DNA of 62,749 bases from Nitrospiria bacterium (GTDB lineage Bacteria > Nitrospirota > Nitrospiria > SBBL01 > JAADHI01). The notes under the pieces are model-generated. The model ran no database searches, was not told the origin of the DNA, and saw only the letters and a program-made list of their open reading frames with translations. The position numbers were made by a program, and so were the translations under genes. Below, piece after piece: positions 9,502 through 18,372 of the stretch (positions are counted from its first letter, which is position 1; the number at the start of each line of letters is the position of its first letter). Location: the NCBI GenBank assembly GCA_046756925.1, contig JBHHXH010000003.1, forward strand, positions 1 to 62,749. The letters are read 5' to 3'.

Positions 9502-11034
9502 TTACTGTAACAAGGCCAACACGTTCTGCGTGGTCGAGTTCGCCTGCGAAAGCACGGAAATACCCGCCTGCTGAAGGATCAAGGCCTTGGTCAAATTCGC
9601 AGTCTCTTGTGCAAAGTCCGCATCCAAGATTCTTGAACGTGATGCGGTGATATTCTCCCGCACGTTTTCCAGGTTGGCAATCGTCCCTTCCAATCTGTTC
9701 ATCATCGCACCCAGGGTCGCCCGCTCACTATTGACGGCGTCGAGCCCTTCCTTAACGGCAAGGATGGTCAAATTGGCATTTCCGACCGTGGTCACGCTGA
9801 CATCATTGATCGACTGGGACTGTCCGAGCGTCACCGACGTGGTGCCGGAGGCAATCCCCAAGGCAAGACTGTCGCTGCCTGCATTTATGGCGCGGGAAGT
9901 CGTCCCCAAGGGCGTGCTGAATATGATCTGTCCGTTTGAACCGGCCCCAGCGCTTCCGCCGGAAGTACCGAAGAAAGCCGCGAACTGACTCGCCACCCCC
10001 GCATTGGCCGTGGCGACCGAAACGGATATCGCAGCACCCGACGTATCGACAAGGGCAACGCTATAGGAACTCGCAGCACCCGAATCGGCGCTTCCCAAAA
10101 GCACCGCAGTCACACCGGTATTGGCCGTCTGGGCATTGATGGCGGTGACCATCCCCGAGGACAACTCGGCAATACTCGTGCCGACGGCGGCGGAAGAACC
10201 GATCGAAATACCATTGATCGTTAAATACCCGGCATTCACCGCCAAATCCGTCGCGCCGGCGGCTTGGGCAACAGGCGCCGTCCCAACAAACGCGTTGCCG
10301 AAGGAAAAGGCCGTGGTGTTGTGGGTTGCCGTTTTTTCGTTGACCCGGTTGATGACGTTCAGGCTGTTGTTGACGACATTGCTGGTCAAGATCGACGCGC
10401 CGAGGTCGACGGTGGCGATGGTGGCGCCATCCGAAAGACCGGCGCTCCGAAGCGACATCGCAGCAAGGGAGCTCGCCAGGCTGTTCCGGTTGGCAGCCGT
10501 GTCGTCAAAATTGGTTTGACTTGCCTGCACACCGAATGAATCCGGTGAAACATTGGCCGTGCTGACCGTGATGGTTTCGTTCACCTCGGTCCCCACCTGC
10601 ATTGTCACACTCTTCGGTTGGTTCAAAAACGTTTCACCATTGAATCGTGTCTGACCGACAATACGGTTTAGCTCTGCAATCAGCTCCTGGACCTCGTTGT
10701 CCATTGAGCCCCGGTCACTCGATGTATTATTACTGGCCGACTGGACGGCCAGTTCGTTGATCCGCTGCATCGAATTGAGCATCTCGGCCATCGCCCCTTC
10801 CGCCGTCTGCGCAAAAGAAATACCGTCATTGGCATTACGGATATTGACGCTCAGACCCTTGATTTGCCGGGTCTGTCTGGTGGCAATGGCAAGACCTGCA
10901 GCATCGTCACTGGCCGAGTTGATTCTCAGGCCGGATGAGAGCCGCGACATCGCTTTCTGAAGCGGCTGATTGGTTTTCCTTAAATTTCTCTGTGCATTTA
11001 GAGAGAATAGGTTTGTATTGATTCCAAGTGCCAT
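9502..11034 (-). CDS. fliC: flagellin
   Basis: N-terminus MALGINTNLFSLNAQRNL...LSSGLRINSASDDAAGLAIA and C-terminus FAQETANLTKALILQQAGISVLSQAN. Long Ala/Ser/Thr/Gly-rich central region. SD GGAGG lies 6 nt before the ATG. Confidence 0.96.
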   Translation of the reverse strand: MALGINTNLFSLNAQRNLRKTNQPLQKAMSRLSSGLRINSASDDAAGLAIATRQTRQIKGLSVNIRNANDGISFAQTAEGAMAEMLNSMQRINELAVQSASNNTSSDRGSMDNEVQELIAELNRIVGQTRFNGETFLNQPKSVTMQVGTEVNETITVSTANVSPDSFGVQASQTNFDDTAANRNSLASSLAAMSLRSAGLSDGATIATVDLGASILTSNVVNNSLNVINRVNEKTATHNTTAFSFGNAFVGTAPVAQAAGATDLAVNAGYLTINGISIGSSAAVGTSIAELSSGMVTAINAQTANTGVTAVLLGSADSGAASSYSVALVDTSGAAISVSVATANAGVASQFAAFFGTSGGSAGAGSNGQIIFSTPLGTTSRAINAGSDSLALGIASGTTSVTLGQSQSINDVSVTTVGNANLTILAVKEGLDAVNSERATLGAMMNRLEGTIANLENVRENITASRSRILDADFAQETANLTKALILQQAGISVLSQANSTTQNVLALLQ

Positions 11035-11174
11035 AATTTACCTCCTTGTAAGTGTCCTTGTTCATGGACAACATCCGGTTATCCATCAATTCACAAGATA
11101 TCAGTGAATGGGTAAGATTACTTTGTTGCACGTTCGACCCCATTCGGTCTCGACCTTTTCCGGTCTTGCAGATC

Positions 11175-11200
11175 TTATCGGAGGTTTTTTTAAAAACTTG
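11175..11200 (-). promoter_or_regulatory. sigma-28 (FliA)-type promoter for fliC
   Basis: Minus strand reads cAAGTTT-N11-tCCGATAAg. The consensus is TAAAGTTT-N11-GCCGATAA. Predicts a 5' UTR of about 130 nt. Confidence 0.55.
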
Positions 11201-11256
11201 AGTAAAAGGACGGAAAATCAATCGCAGAAAAATTGAAGGAAAATCGTCTTCTCCAC

Positions 11257-11280
11257 AAAATAAAAAGGGGTGGCCACCCC
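11257..11280 (-). terminator. intrinsic terminator ending the glycosylation operon
   Basis: Perfect 14-nt palindrome ggggtggccacccc (11267-11280). On the minus strand it is followed by ttttttatttt. It lies about 80 nt after the stop of the 671-aa gene. Confidence 0.6.
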
Positions 11281-11359
11281 CAAAGAAGACAATTTTTATA
11301 GGAAATTCCAGTGCTTGTAACGGACCCTGAAGATATCTAGAAAATTTGAAACTATTAAC

Positions 11360-13375
11360 CTAAACATTCAATAATTCTTTTGCAAATTCAATAAAATTTT
11401 CGTCTCTTGGAAGCGCACCGACCCATTTGGCATAGAACCGCATCCGTCGTTTCCAGTTCTCCTCGGACAGATCCGCTCCAAAGAAACACGCTTTATATTG
11501 AACCGCTAAATCATCGGAACAATATTTTATCGGGATATCGTTCCGCCGGGCAGTGAGGGAAAAATCCGGTTCGATCAGATGATTCGCCAAACCCTCGTCA
11601 AATCGTTCGAGTTTCTCATAAGTTTCCCTTTTCATCGCGATCACCCCCCCTCCAACCGCCTCTACCTGTTTGGACGTAGCGCGAATATAATAAGGAGAAG
11701 CGTTGAAGTCGAAACCGATCCCGAGGCAAACCGGCTTCATTTCCGCATCTTTTATCGGAACACCCGCAATCCCTTTTTGGATACCTTCAAGCATCTGCTC
11801 CCCCCTGATATACAATGTCCCCGGCGTCATGAAAATAAGGGCATCGCCTGTGGCGGCTTCCACACCTTGATTATAAAGACACCCGAGCTCATCGCCCGAT
11901 GCATCAACAACATGAAGATCCCCCGAAAACCCGGGAATCATTTCCCGAACCGGCTCATGGTGGACAACAAGCACCACTTCCCAATCCGGGTAGGATACAT
12001 TCTGAGAAAGAGACATCAAGGTTGCCGCCAGGGTTTCGGGTTCCTCTCCTGAGGGAACAATGAAGCTGATTCGGCCGGGGATCACCGTCGACTCTTCAAT
12101 CGACTTCGCCCTTCGTTTCATCACTCCGCACTGACCGACTTCTTTCCTCACCGCGAAGATATAGCTCATGCGATCTATCGCCCTTTCGACGGACCGGCCA
12201 TCCAGCTTGTAGAAATACGCTTCAAGATGCCGTTTGACACTCGTTTGGATCTCCGGAGGAACCCCATCTTTCATTGTGTGAATAAGCTTTGACCAGTTTC
12301 CCGGCGGAAAAACGGTCTGCGCCACGCCGATCTTCACGTAATAGTCCTCCAAGGTGTCGGAAGTGGGAAGGGCAAAAAGGGGTTTGCCAAATGCGAGGGC
12401 TTCGATGGCCAGGGTTGTTTTTCCAAGGGTCACGCAATAATCCGAGGCGGCGATCAGCTTGTAAGGGTCATAGTCGTATAACAAAATGGCGGAGGGATAG
12501 AGTTTCTTGAACAATTTTCTAACATCCTCATAGGCCCCCTTCAAAACACTGGGATGCCACTTGAAAATCAGAACGGCTTCTTCATCCAGCTGATCCAGAC
12601 CCGTCAAAAACTGCTTCCACACCGTCTCCCTGCCGATCGCGCCGTACTTGATATCGACAAGAAAGAGGACGACCCGTTTATCGGGCGGCAGCCCCAGCGC
12701 CTGCTTCGTCTCGGCAATCTTCTTGGATCCGCCGTACGATTGAATCGCCGACTCGATATGTGTGTTCCCGATCAAAAACATTTTGTCGGTGGAACAGCGG
12801 TAGTCGTTTAACCGACGCCGGGTTTGCTCTCCCCACAACAGATCGGCGATCGAATATTCGGTATGCACAACAAATCCGATATAGTCGTTGTAGTAATCCC
12901 CCTCCTGAAAGGTGACAAAGGGGATTTCATGACGATCTGTGAGATGCCCAATCACCTGCCCCCAGCGGTTACATTCGTGATGCGCGATGAACATGTCGGG
13001 CTTCTCAACCTGAATGAAGCGCTCCACGCAAAAATATTCCTCAACCACGGACTCGAAAAACCAGCTCTGCTTGAACAAGGGCCAGCGGCTGAATCCGTCC
13101 CACTTAAAGCAGGTTTCCGACCATTGATCGATCAAGGACATCGTCGCCTCATGGATCTTTTTTCTGACATCATCCGTCATATAGTCACGAAAATACCGAA
13201 AGGACAGATTTCGTCTCATGAGGTCCAACTCGTAGGGATAGTCCGCCAAGGTCACGATAAAGATCAATTCGCCACCCTGTTTTTTGATCTCTTCCCGCAT
13301 CTTGATAAAAAACCGCGAATGGTGCGGGAGGGCCAGGAAGCAGGCGATTTTTTTGCCCTTCAATTTCATCTTCAT
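11360..13375 (-). CDS. two-domain putative glycosyltransferase: unassigned GT-B-like N-terminal domain plus C-terminal GT2-like domain
   Basis: Residues from about 436 onward (ISFIVPSGEEPETLAATLMSLSQNVSYPDWEVVLV) look GT2/GT-A. The N-terminal ~430 aa carry FQEGD (res 156-160) and KWHPS (res 272-276). It is the last gene of the Pse operon, with a 4-nt overlap with the upstream gene. Confidence 0.6.
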   Translation of the reverse strand: MKMKLKGKKIACFLALPHHSRFFIKMREEIKKQGGELIFIVTLADYPYELDLMRRNLSFRYFRDYMTDDVRKKIHEATMSLIDQWSETCFKWDGFSRWPLFKQSWFFESVVEEYFCVERFIQVEKPDMFIAHHECNRWGQVIGHLTDRHEIPFVTFQEGDYYNDYIGFVVHTEYSIADLLWGEQTRRRLNDYRCSTDKMFLIGNTHIESAIQSYGGSKKIAETKQALGLPPDKRVVLFLVDIKYGAIGRETVWKQFLTGLDQLDEEAVLIFKWHPSVLKGAYEDVRKLFKKLYPSAILLYDYDPYKLIAASDYCVTLGKTTLAIEALAFGKPLFALPTSDTLEDYYVKIGVAQTVFPPGNWSKLIHTMKDGVPPEIQTSVKRHLEAYFYKLDGRSVERAIDRMSYIFAVRKEVGQCGVMKRRAKSIEESTVIPGRISFIVPSGEEPETLAATLMSLSQNVSYPDWEVVLVVHHEPVREMIPGFSGDLHVVDASGDELGCLYNQGVEAATGDALIFMTPGTLYIRGEQMLEGIQKGIAGVPIKDAEMKPVCLGIGFDFNASPYYIRATSKQVEAVGGGVIAMKRETYEKLERFDEGLANHLIEPDFSLTARRNDIPIKYCSDDLAVQYKACFFGADLSEENWKRRMRFYAKWVGALPRDENFIEFAKELLNV

Positions 13376-14535
13376 TGCATGATCCGGTGCAGAATGTCCT
13401 TGATTCCGATGGCAGATTGCTTCTCTTGATATGCCGCGTTCAATGCCGCCCCGAGCGCATCCGGGTGGTTGATAAACCGGACACCGTTGACATTGGGCCG
13501 GGCCGCGGCGCAGGGGTTATAAACCCAGGCCGCTTTCTGATATTTCGAAGCGAACTCCAATGGAGAAATGAAGGTCGGCGAAATGACCACGTCGGCGATC
13601 ATCGTCATCGGCACGAGGCTTTTGTTCTCCACAAGGTAGAAACGGCATCCCGTCTTTTTGATCTCATCAAGATAGGTGTCGTTGATAATCTCCTGTTCAT
13701 CCACGTCTTTCACAACAAACTCCCGCTTGATCAGGCAGATGACAATCTGCTTTTTCGTCCGCCGGATCACCTGAAAAATCTCCCTGATCTGGGGGCGCAG
13801 CTTGGAATGATTGAGTACGGCAACGCACAAGGCCTCCCGTCCGATCTCGATCTGATCGTTGTACATGTGATTCTTATAATTTTCTTCGATGGTCGATAAG
13901 GCATAGATATCCCGTTGATCGCCCAGTAAAAAAAGCCTGTCTTCCGGGATGCCCATTTCGAGATAGTACTGCCGCTCGTATGCCTCCCTCACGATGATCC
14001 CGTCCAGCAATTTCGGCATCAATTTAAACCCGTTGAATACGGGATAGAGCTGATAGCCGCAAACCGGCGTTCCGGTCTCCTTGGCGGTAAAGGCGATGGA
14101 GGTGTAGAGGACGTCCGTTTCCTCCGTTGGGATATCCTCGTAAGACAAAAGCGGCAGGAGCACCAGATCGGCATCGATGGTTTTCATGGTCGGGAAGGAG
14201 CAGCCGGAGATATGTCCCCAAAAATCGTCGAAGGCGGCGGTTTTCCACATCTTCAAACCGGTGGATGGAATGCAGAGATCCTCGGTATATTTTATAAAGA
14301 TCTTGGCAAGGTTGTCGCGATAGCTGAAGGAGAGGGGAAGAAAGGTGGTTTCCAGATGCTTCGCGATGACATTGGGGGATTCACCTAATTTGACTTGAAT
14401 ATCCTCGTACACGGTTTTGGAGGTCGTGACGACCTCGACCATAAAATCGGCGGCCATCGACTTGACCAGCAGCGCCAATCGACTCTGGACACATTGATAT
14501 TCCTTTTCGCTGATCGGAAACAGTATCTTTTGCAT
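13372..14535 (-). CDS. hypothetical protein (387 aa), possibly GT-B-like, family not recognised
   Basis: Long ORF translationally coupled on both sides (1-nt and 4-nt overlaps). I recognise no motif. Alternating hydrophobic/charged segments are compatible with Rossmann-like halves. Confidence 0.5.
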   Translation of the reverse strand: MQKILFPISEKEYQCVQSRLALLVKSMAADFMVEVVTTSKTVYEDIQVKLGESPNVIAKHLETTFLPLSFSYRDNLAKIFIKYTEDLCIPSTGLKMWKTAAFDDFWGHISGCSFPTMKTIDADLVLLPLLSYEDIPTEETDVLYTSIAFTAKETGTPVCGYQLYPVFNGFKLMPKLLDGIIVREAYERQYYLEMGIPEDRLFLLGDQRDIYALSTIEENYKNHMYNDQIEIGREALCVAVLNHSKLRPQIREIFQVIRRTKKQIVICLIKREFVVKDVDEQEIINDTYLDEIKKTGCRFYLVENKSLVPMTMIADVVISPTFISPLEFASKYQKAAWVYNPCAAARPNVNGVRFINHPDALGAALNAAYQEKQSAIGIKDILHRIMQ

Positions 14536-15098
14536 CAGTGCTCCCGTTCGCTCCTGCAGCCGTCGAGGTCCGACATCACTTCATACGCCTTTTGGAGCCC
14601 TCGATTTCCCGTCTTTTGTGCGAGGCTTTCGACCACATTCCGGATCGACGCCGCTTGGAAAGCCCCTTTGTAGGCGGTTGGGAGCAGATTTTCGTACAGC
14701 TCCTTCAAGGCGCCTGGGTGCGCATATTGATAATGGCAGTCCTCCGCATCCCCCTCCTCCAAGGCCAACAAATAGTGCACGATCCCTTCCATCATTTCAT
14801 CGTAGCGCATTTCATCCATCAAAAGGAGGGCATTCAGATACAACAGGTCGGCGTGGTTGCGTTTCACCTTCAGCCCTTCATCGACAAAATTCTTTGCTGT
14901 CTCTTTATCGGAGGCCTCCAGGGCAAGGACGGCAAGGTGGGACAAGATGCTGAAATAAACGGCGTTATTCGGGTTTTTTTGTTCCCCCGTCAACTGGGAA
15001 TAAGCCCTGTTAAAACAATCGAGCGCTTCGTCTTTCATGGCAAGTTTCAAGAAGGACAGACCCGATTGGTAATTCGCATCGTAACTCTCGGCAGTCAT
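14535..15098 (-). CDS. TPR-like helical repeat protein (187 aa)
   Basis: Repeated A/L/Y-rich helix pairs (GLSFLKLAMKDEALDCFNRAY; YFSILSHLAVLALEASDKETAKNFVDEGL). 4-nt overlap with pseI. Confidence 0.55.
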   Translation of the reverse strand: MTAESYDANYQSGLSFLKLAMKDEALDCFNRAYSQLTGEQKNPNNAVYFSILSHLAVLALEASDKETAKNFVDEGLKVKRNHADLLYLNALLLMDEMRYDEMMEGIVHYLLALEEGDAEDCHYQYAHPGALKELYENLLPTAYKGAFQAASIRNVVESLAQKTGNRGLQKAYEVMSDLDGCRSEREH

Positions 15099-16156
15099 TG
15101 CACGACTCCTTCTACATGATGCCAGTGCAAGGGCGTCCCTTTGTTCATATCGATCTTGGATTTTTTACCCAAAACTTTCGGCCAATATTTCGGATGCAGT
15201 CCGAAGCCCGGCCGGACCGACCGTATATTTTTTTCCGTAAAGGGCTCGCCGGCCTGGATATTTTCGACGACAAACAAAGAACGGGCAAACTGTCTGTTTT
15301 TCGTGGCCGCCTCGCCAAGCGCATAGGAGACTTCTCCCAAGGCCGCTTCAACCTCCCTCACACCCTGGACCATCGCACGAAAGACCTCCGGTTCCATCGA
15401 AAATGCCGCATCGGCCCCGCCAAGCGCGCGATCCAGAATAAGATGCTTCTCAATGATTTTGGAACCAAGCGCAACGGAAGCCAGCGGAACGCTCCTACCA
15501 AGCGTATGGTCTGAAAGACCCATCACAGCGTCAAAGGTGTCTTTCATGTCTGCAAGCGTCTTTAAGTTCACCTCTCTCAAAGGCGTCGGGTAAGCCGATG
15601 TGCATTTTAATAAGGCGATCTGCTGGTTGCCCATTCGCTTGCAAGCATCGATCGCCTCTACGATATCCTCGCGCGAAGCGATGCCGGTGGAGATCAACAC
15701 GGGCTTTCCCTTCTCGGCAATGTACTCAATGAGCGGAATGTCCGTAATCTCGAAGGAGGCGATTTTGTAGGCGGGCATGGCGATCGTTTCGAGAAAATCA
15801 ACGGCACTTCGATCGAAGGGCGACGAAAAACAGATCAGCCCGAGATCTTCCGCAATCTTCTTGAGTTTCGGCTGCCACTCCCAAGGGGTATAGGCCTCCC
15901 GATAGAGTTGATGGAGCGAAAGTCCGTCCCAGGGGGTCCCCCCCTTGATTTGAAAACAGTCCCGGTCGGAATCGATGGTGAGGGTATCCGGTGTGTAGGT
16001 CTGCAGTTTGACCGCATCCGCGCCGATCGCCTTCGCCGTTTCGATCGTCTTGACGGCCGTTTCGTACTGTTGTCCGTGATTCGCCGACAGCTCCGCAATA
16101 ATAAAGACAGGCTGCCCTTCGCCGATCCATCTGTCTGCGATGCGAAACTTCATCAT
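15095..16156 (-). CDS. pseI: pseudaminic acid synthase (NeuB family)
   Basis: IIAELSANHGQ, ADAVKLQTY, SSPFD, IASFE and a C-terminal SAF-like domain. The operon context with pseB/pseC/pseG favours PseI over NeuB or LegI. Confidence 0.8.
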   Translation of the reverse strand: MMKFRIADRWIGEGQPVFIIAELSANHGQQYETAVKTIETAKAIGADAVKLQTYTPDTLTIDSDRDCFQIKGGTPWDGLSLHQLYREAYTPWEWQPKLKKIAEDLGLICFSSPFDRSAVDFLETIAMPAYKIASFEITDIPLIEYIAEKGKPVLISTGIASREDIVEAIDACKRMGNQQIALLKCTSAYPTPLREVNLKTLADMKDTFDAVMGLSDHTLGRSVPLASVALGSKIIEKHLILDRALGGADAAFSMEPEVFRAMVQGVREVEAALGEVSYALGEAATKNRQFARSLFVVENIQAGEPFTEKNIRSVRPGFGLHPKYWPKVLGKKSKIDMNKGTPLHWHHVEGVVQ

Positions 16157-17622
16157 GCCCCTTGTCTCAACCGGACGGCATAGGTCTTGGCCTTCTGCTT
16201 TGAAACCGTCGTTTCTTGAACATATTCAAAACCGAAGCGCTCAAAGAAGCGAGTCGACCCTTTATTCTCACCTTTAATATGGGCCAATACGGTATCGACC
16301 TCCGGCCGCCCTCTTTTCAAGGAATCGATCCCCTTGTTGAGCAGCCATGCGCCGACCCCGCATCCCCGTCCGATTTGGTGAATGCTGATACTGACCACCG
16401 CGACAGGATCCTTGAGATCAAACCGCACTTGTCCGACCAAATCGGACCCGGCCTCCGCCACATAAAACAGGCAATGGGGATCCCTTAATCGATCGCCATA
16501 CCAGGAACGATGTGATGCCAGGCCAATCGGGTCCGGATGAAACGACGCCGCGCGCACCATAGGATCGTTCGACAAGGCGAATACATCCATTAAGTCGTTG
16601 TGCCGGGCCTTTCTGAAAACCAGCAATTCCGTAAAGTAGGACTTGAGACATTCGCGGACGATGCGTTCCGCACCGGCACCATCGACGGCCTCCCTGCCCT
16701 GCCGGGACATATTGAGCCTGCATTGCCTGTCCCTCAACAATTCGATCTTCCCCAATACGGCATCGGCCCAATCATCGCGTTTCCAACTACTGGCAGATTC
16801 GAGAAGTCCGGCCTGTTGTCCTCCCCTTACATTCGCACCCTGATTCCCGGCAACTGCGACCCCAATCACCGGCACGCCTACCCGGGCGCACTCATAAAGG
16901 GTTTGGCCGCCTGCAGAAACGACAATGTCCGCAGACAGCATCGCGGTCTTCATGCCCTCGGCATCCGGTGAAAAAACCGGTTTTGTATTGTGATCGCACG
17001 CGGCCTCAATGTCGTCGACATTTCGAAAATCTTTTCCAACCACAACCGTTTTTCGCCAATCCGGATAACATTCGGAAACCGCCCTTAATAGCTTCGGCGT
17101 CAGGTTTCGAAAATCCCCCCCGCCGAAGGTGATCATGACGTGATCGACATCCGTCTTGATTTCCTTCAAAGGAACCGTCCGAAAGGCCGCCCGCAGCGCG
17201 ATGTATCGAGGACCCAGAAGATAATGCAGGCCAGGTTTTTTCGGATAATCAATCTCGTCTGCTGCAATCGCCCCGTTGACAACCATCCCTTTAGGAAAGT
17301 GACGCCGATTTCCGTCATCCATATAAACGGCATACTCGGACGATGCGGCAATCGATTCATAAACACCGGTGTCGGCAAGATAGGAATCGACAAGAGTAAT
17401 ATCCGATCCCGCGATGGCCTCGCGCAACTTCCCTGGGTCTTTATGCCAATCAACGATTTGGGACTGTCTCCCGGTCAGAATATCCGGAACAGGTTCCTCT
17501 GTATGCAGAACGAACATCGGATCGATACCCCTCGCCTCGAAGGCCTGGGACAAGGACAGACACCGCATGAGATGGCCGTATCCGATATCGGCCCCATATT
17601 CCGTGATAAAGTTCACCTTCAC
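16153..17622 (-). CDS. fused PseG (UDP-sugar hydrolase) and PseH-like GNAT N-acetyltransferase
   Basis: N-terminal GADIGYGHLMRCLSLSQAF and a GT28-like fold through about res 330. C-terminal ~150 aa have a GNAT acetyl-CoA motif (IGRGCGVGAWLL). Confidence 0.75.
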   Translation of the reverse strand: MKVNFITEYGADIGYGHLMRCLSLSQAFEARGIDPMFVLHTEEPVPDILTGRQSQIVDWHKDPGKLREAIAGSDITLVDSYLADTGVYESIAASSEYAVYMDDGNRRHFPKGMVVNGAIAADEIDYPKKPGLHYLLGPRYIALRAAFRTVPLKEIKTDVDHVMITFGGGDFRNLTPKLLRAVSECYPDWRKTVVVGKDFRNVDDIEAACDHNTKPVFSPDAEGMKTAMLSADIVVSAGGQTLYECARVGVPVIGVAVAGNQGANVRGGQQAGLLESASSWKRDDWADAVLGKIELLRDRQCRLNMSRQGREAVDGAGAERIVRECLKSYFTELLVFRKARHNDLMDVFALSNDPMVRAASFHPDPIGLASHRSWYGDRLRDPHCLFYVAEAGSDLVGQVRFDLKDPVAVVSISIHQIGRGCGVGAWLLNKGIDSLKRGRPEVDTVLAHIKGENKGSTRFFERFGFEYVQETTVSKQKAKTYAVRLRQGA

Positions 17623-17625
17623 CCG

Positions 17626-18372
17626 TCAACCCTTGTCGGCAAATACCCGGAGCCGAAGATATTTTTGCGTGCTGTCCCTTGCGATATCGTAATAGCTGCG
17701 ATAGCTGCCGTCGGATTGAATCGCATAAAAGGTCGGGAATCCACCGGTCTCGAAATACAAACCACCTTCCTTACTGCTGGCTGGCCTCGTCTGAAAGAAA
17801 TCCCGGCGTTGTTGATGCAAGGCCGCAATCTGTTCCATGTTTCTAAAATTTTGAGGATAGACATCCATCACGGTCTTGAGCTCGAATGTCATCGATAGCG
17901 GATACAGCATCGGCAGATCGACGGGATGAATATTCCAGATGCCTTCGACATCCAAGAGCGCCATCTTAAACCTCGCACAGGATTCGATCGCCGTTTTGAT
18001 GGGTTCCGTGGACCGGGCCGTATCCGAGTCCCAAACCAGACGGCAATCCTCTTTAAGGACCCAGCGATGTGCTTTATATCGCATTTTAGACATATACATT
18101 CCCGCGCCACTGCTGGGCGTATAACTGCAAAACAGATGACCGATATTGGTGTAACAGAAAGACATCGCCGGATGCGGCGGCTGCCCCGGTTCGTAAGCAA
18201 CGTGCGCTGTTTCGGTCTTCCCGAAAAAGCAGTCACCCTGGATCACCACATGGGGCAGGTTGTAGGTCTCGATATGCTCCGGGCTGTTTGAGGGGATGGC
18301 GTCATCCGGCACCATGTAGGTGCGCAGCGAGGCGCCGTCGATGAGTTTTTCTATGATCTCTTTATCCGTCAT
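17626..18372 (-). CDS. hypothetical protein (248 aa), no recognisable family
   Basis: ORF is embedded in the operon, with a 4-nt overlap upstream and a 3-nt gap downstream. No motif recognised. Confidence 0.5.
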   Translation of the reverse strand: MTDKEIIEKLIDGASLRTYMVPDDAIPSNSPEHIETYNLPHVVIQGDCFFGKTETAHVAYEPGQPPHPAMSFCYTNIGHLFCSYTPSSGAGMYMSKMRYKAHRWVLKEDCRLVWDSDTARSTEPIKTAIESCARFKMALLDVEGIWNIHPVDLPMLYPLSMTFELKTVMDVYPQNFRNMEQIAALHQQRRDFFQTRPASSKEGGLYFETGGFPTFYAIQSDGSYRSYYDIARDSTQKYLRLRVFADKG

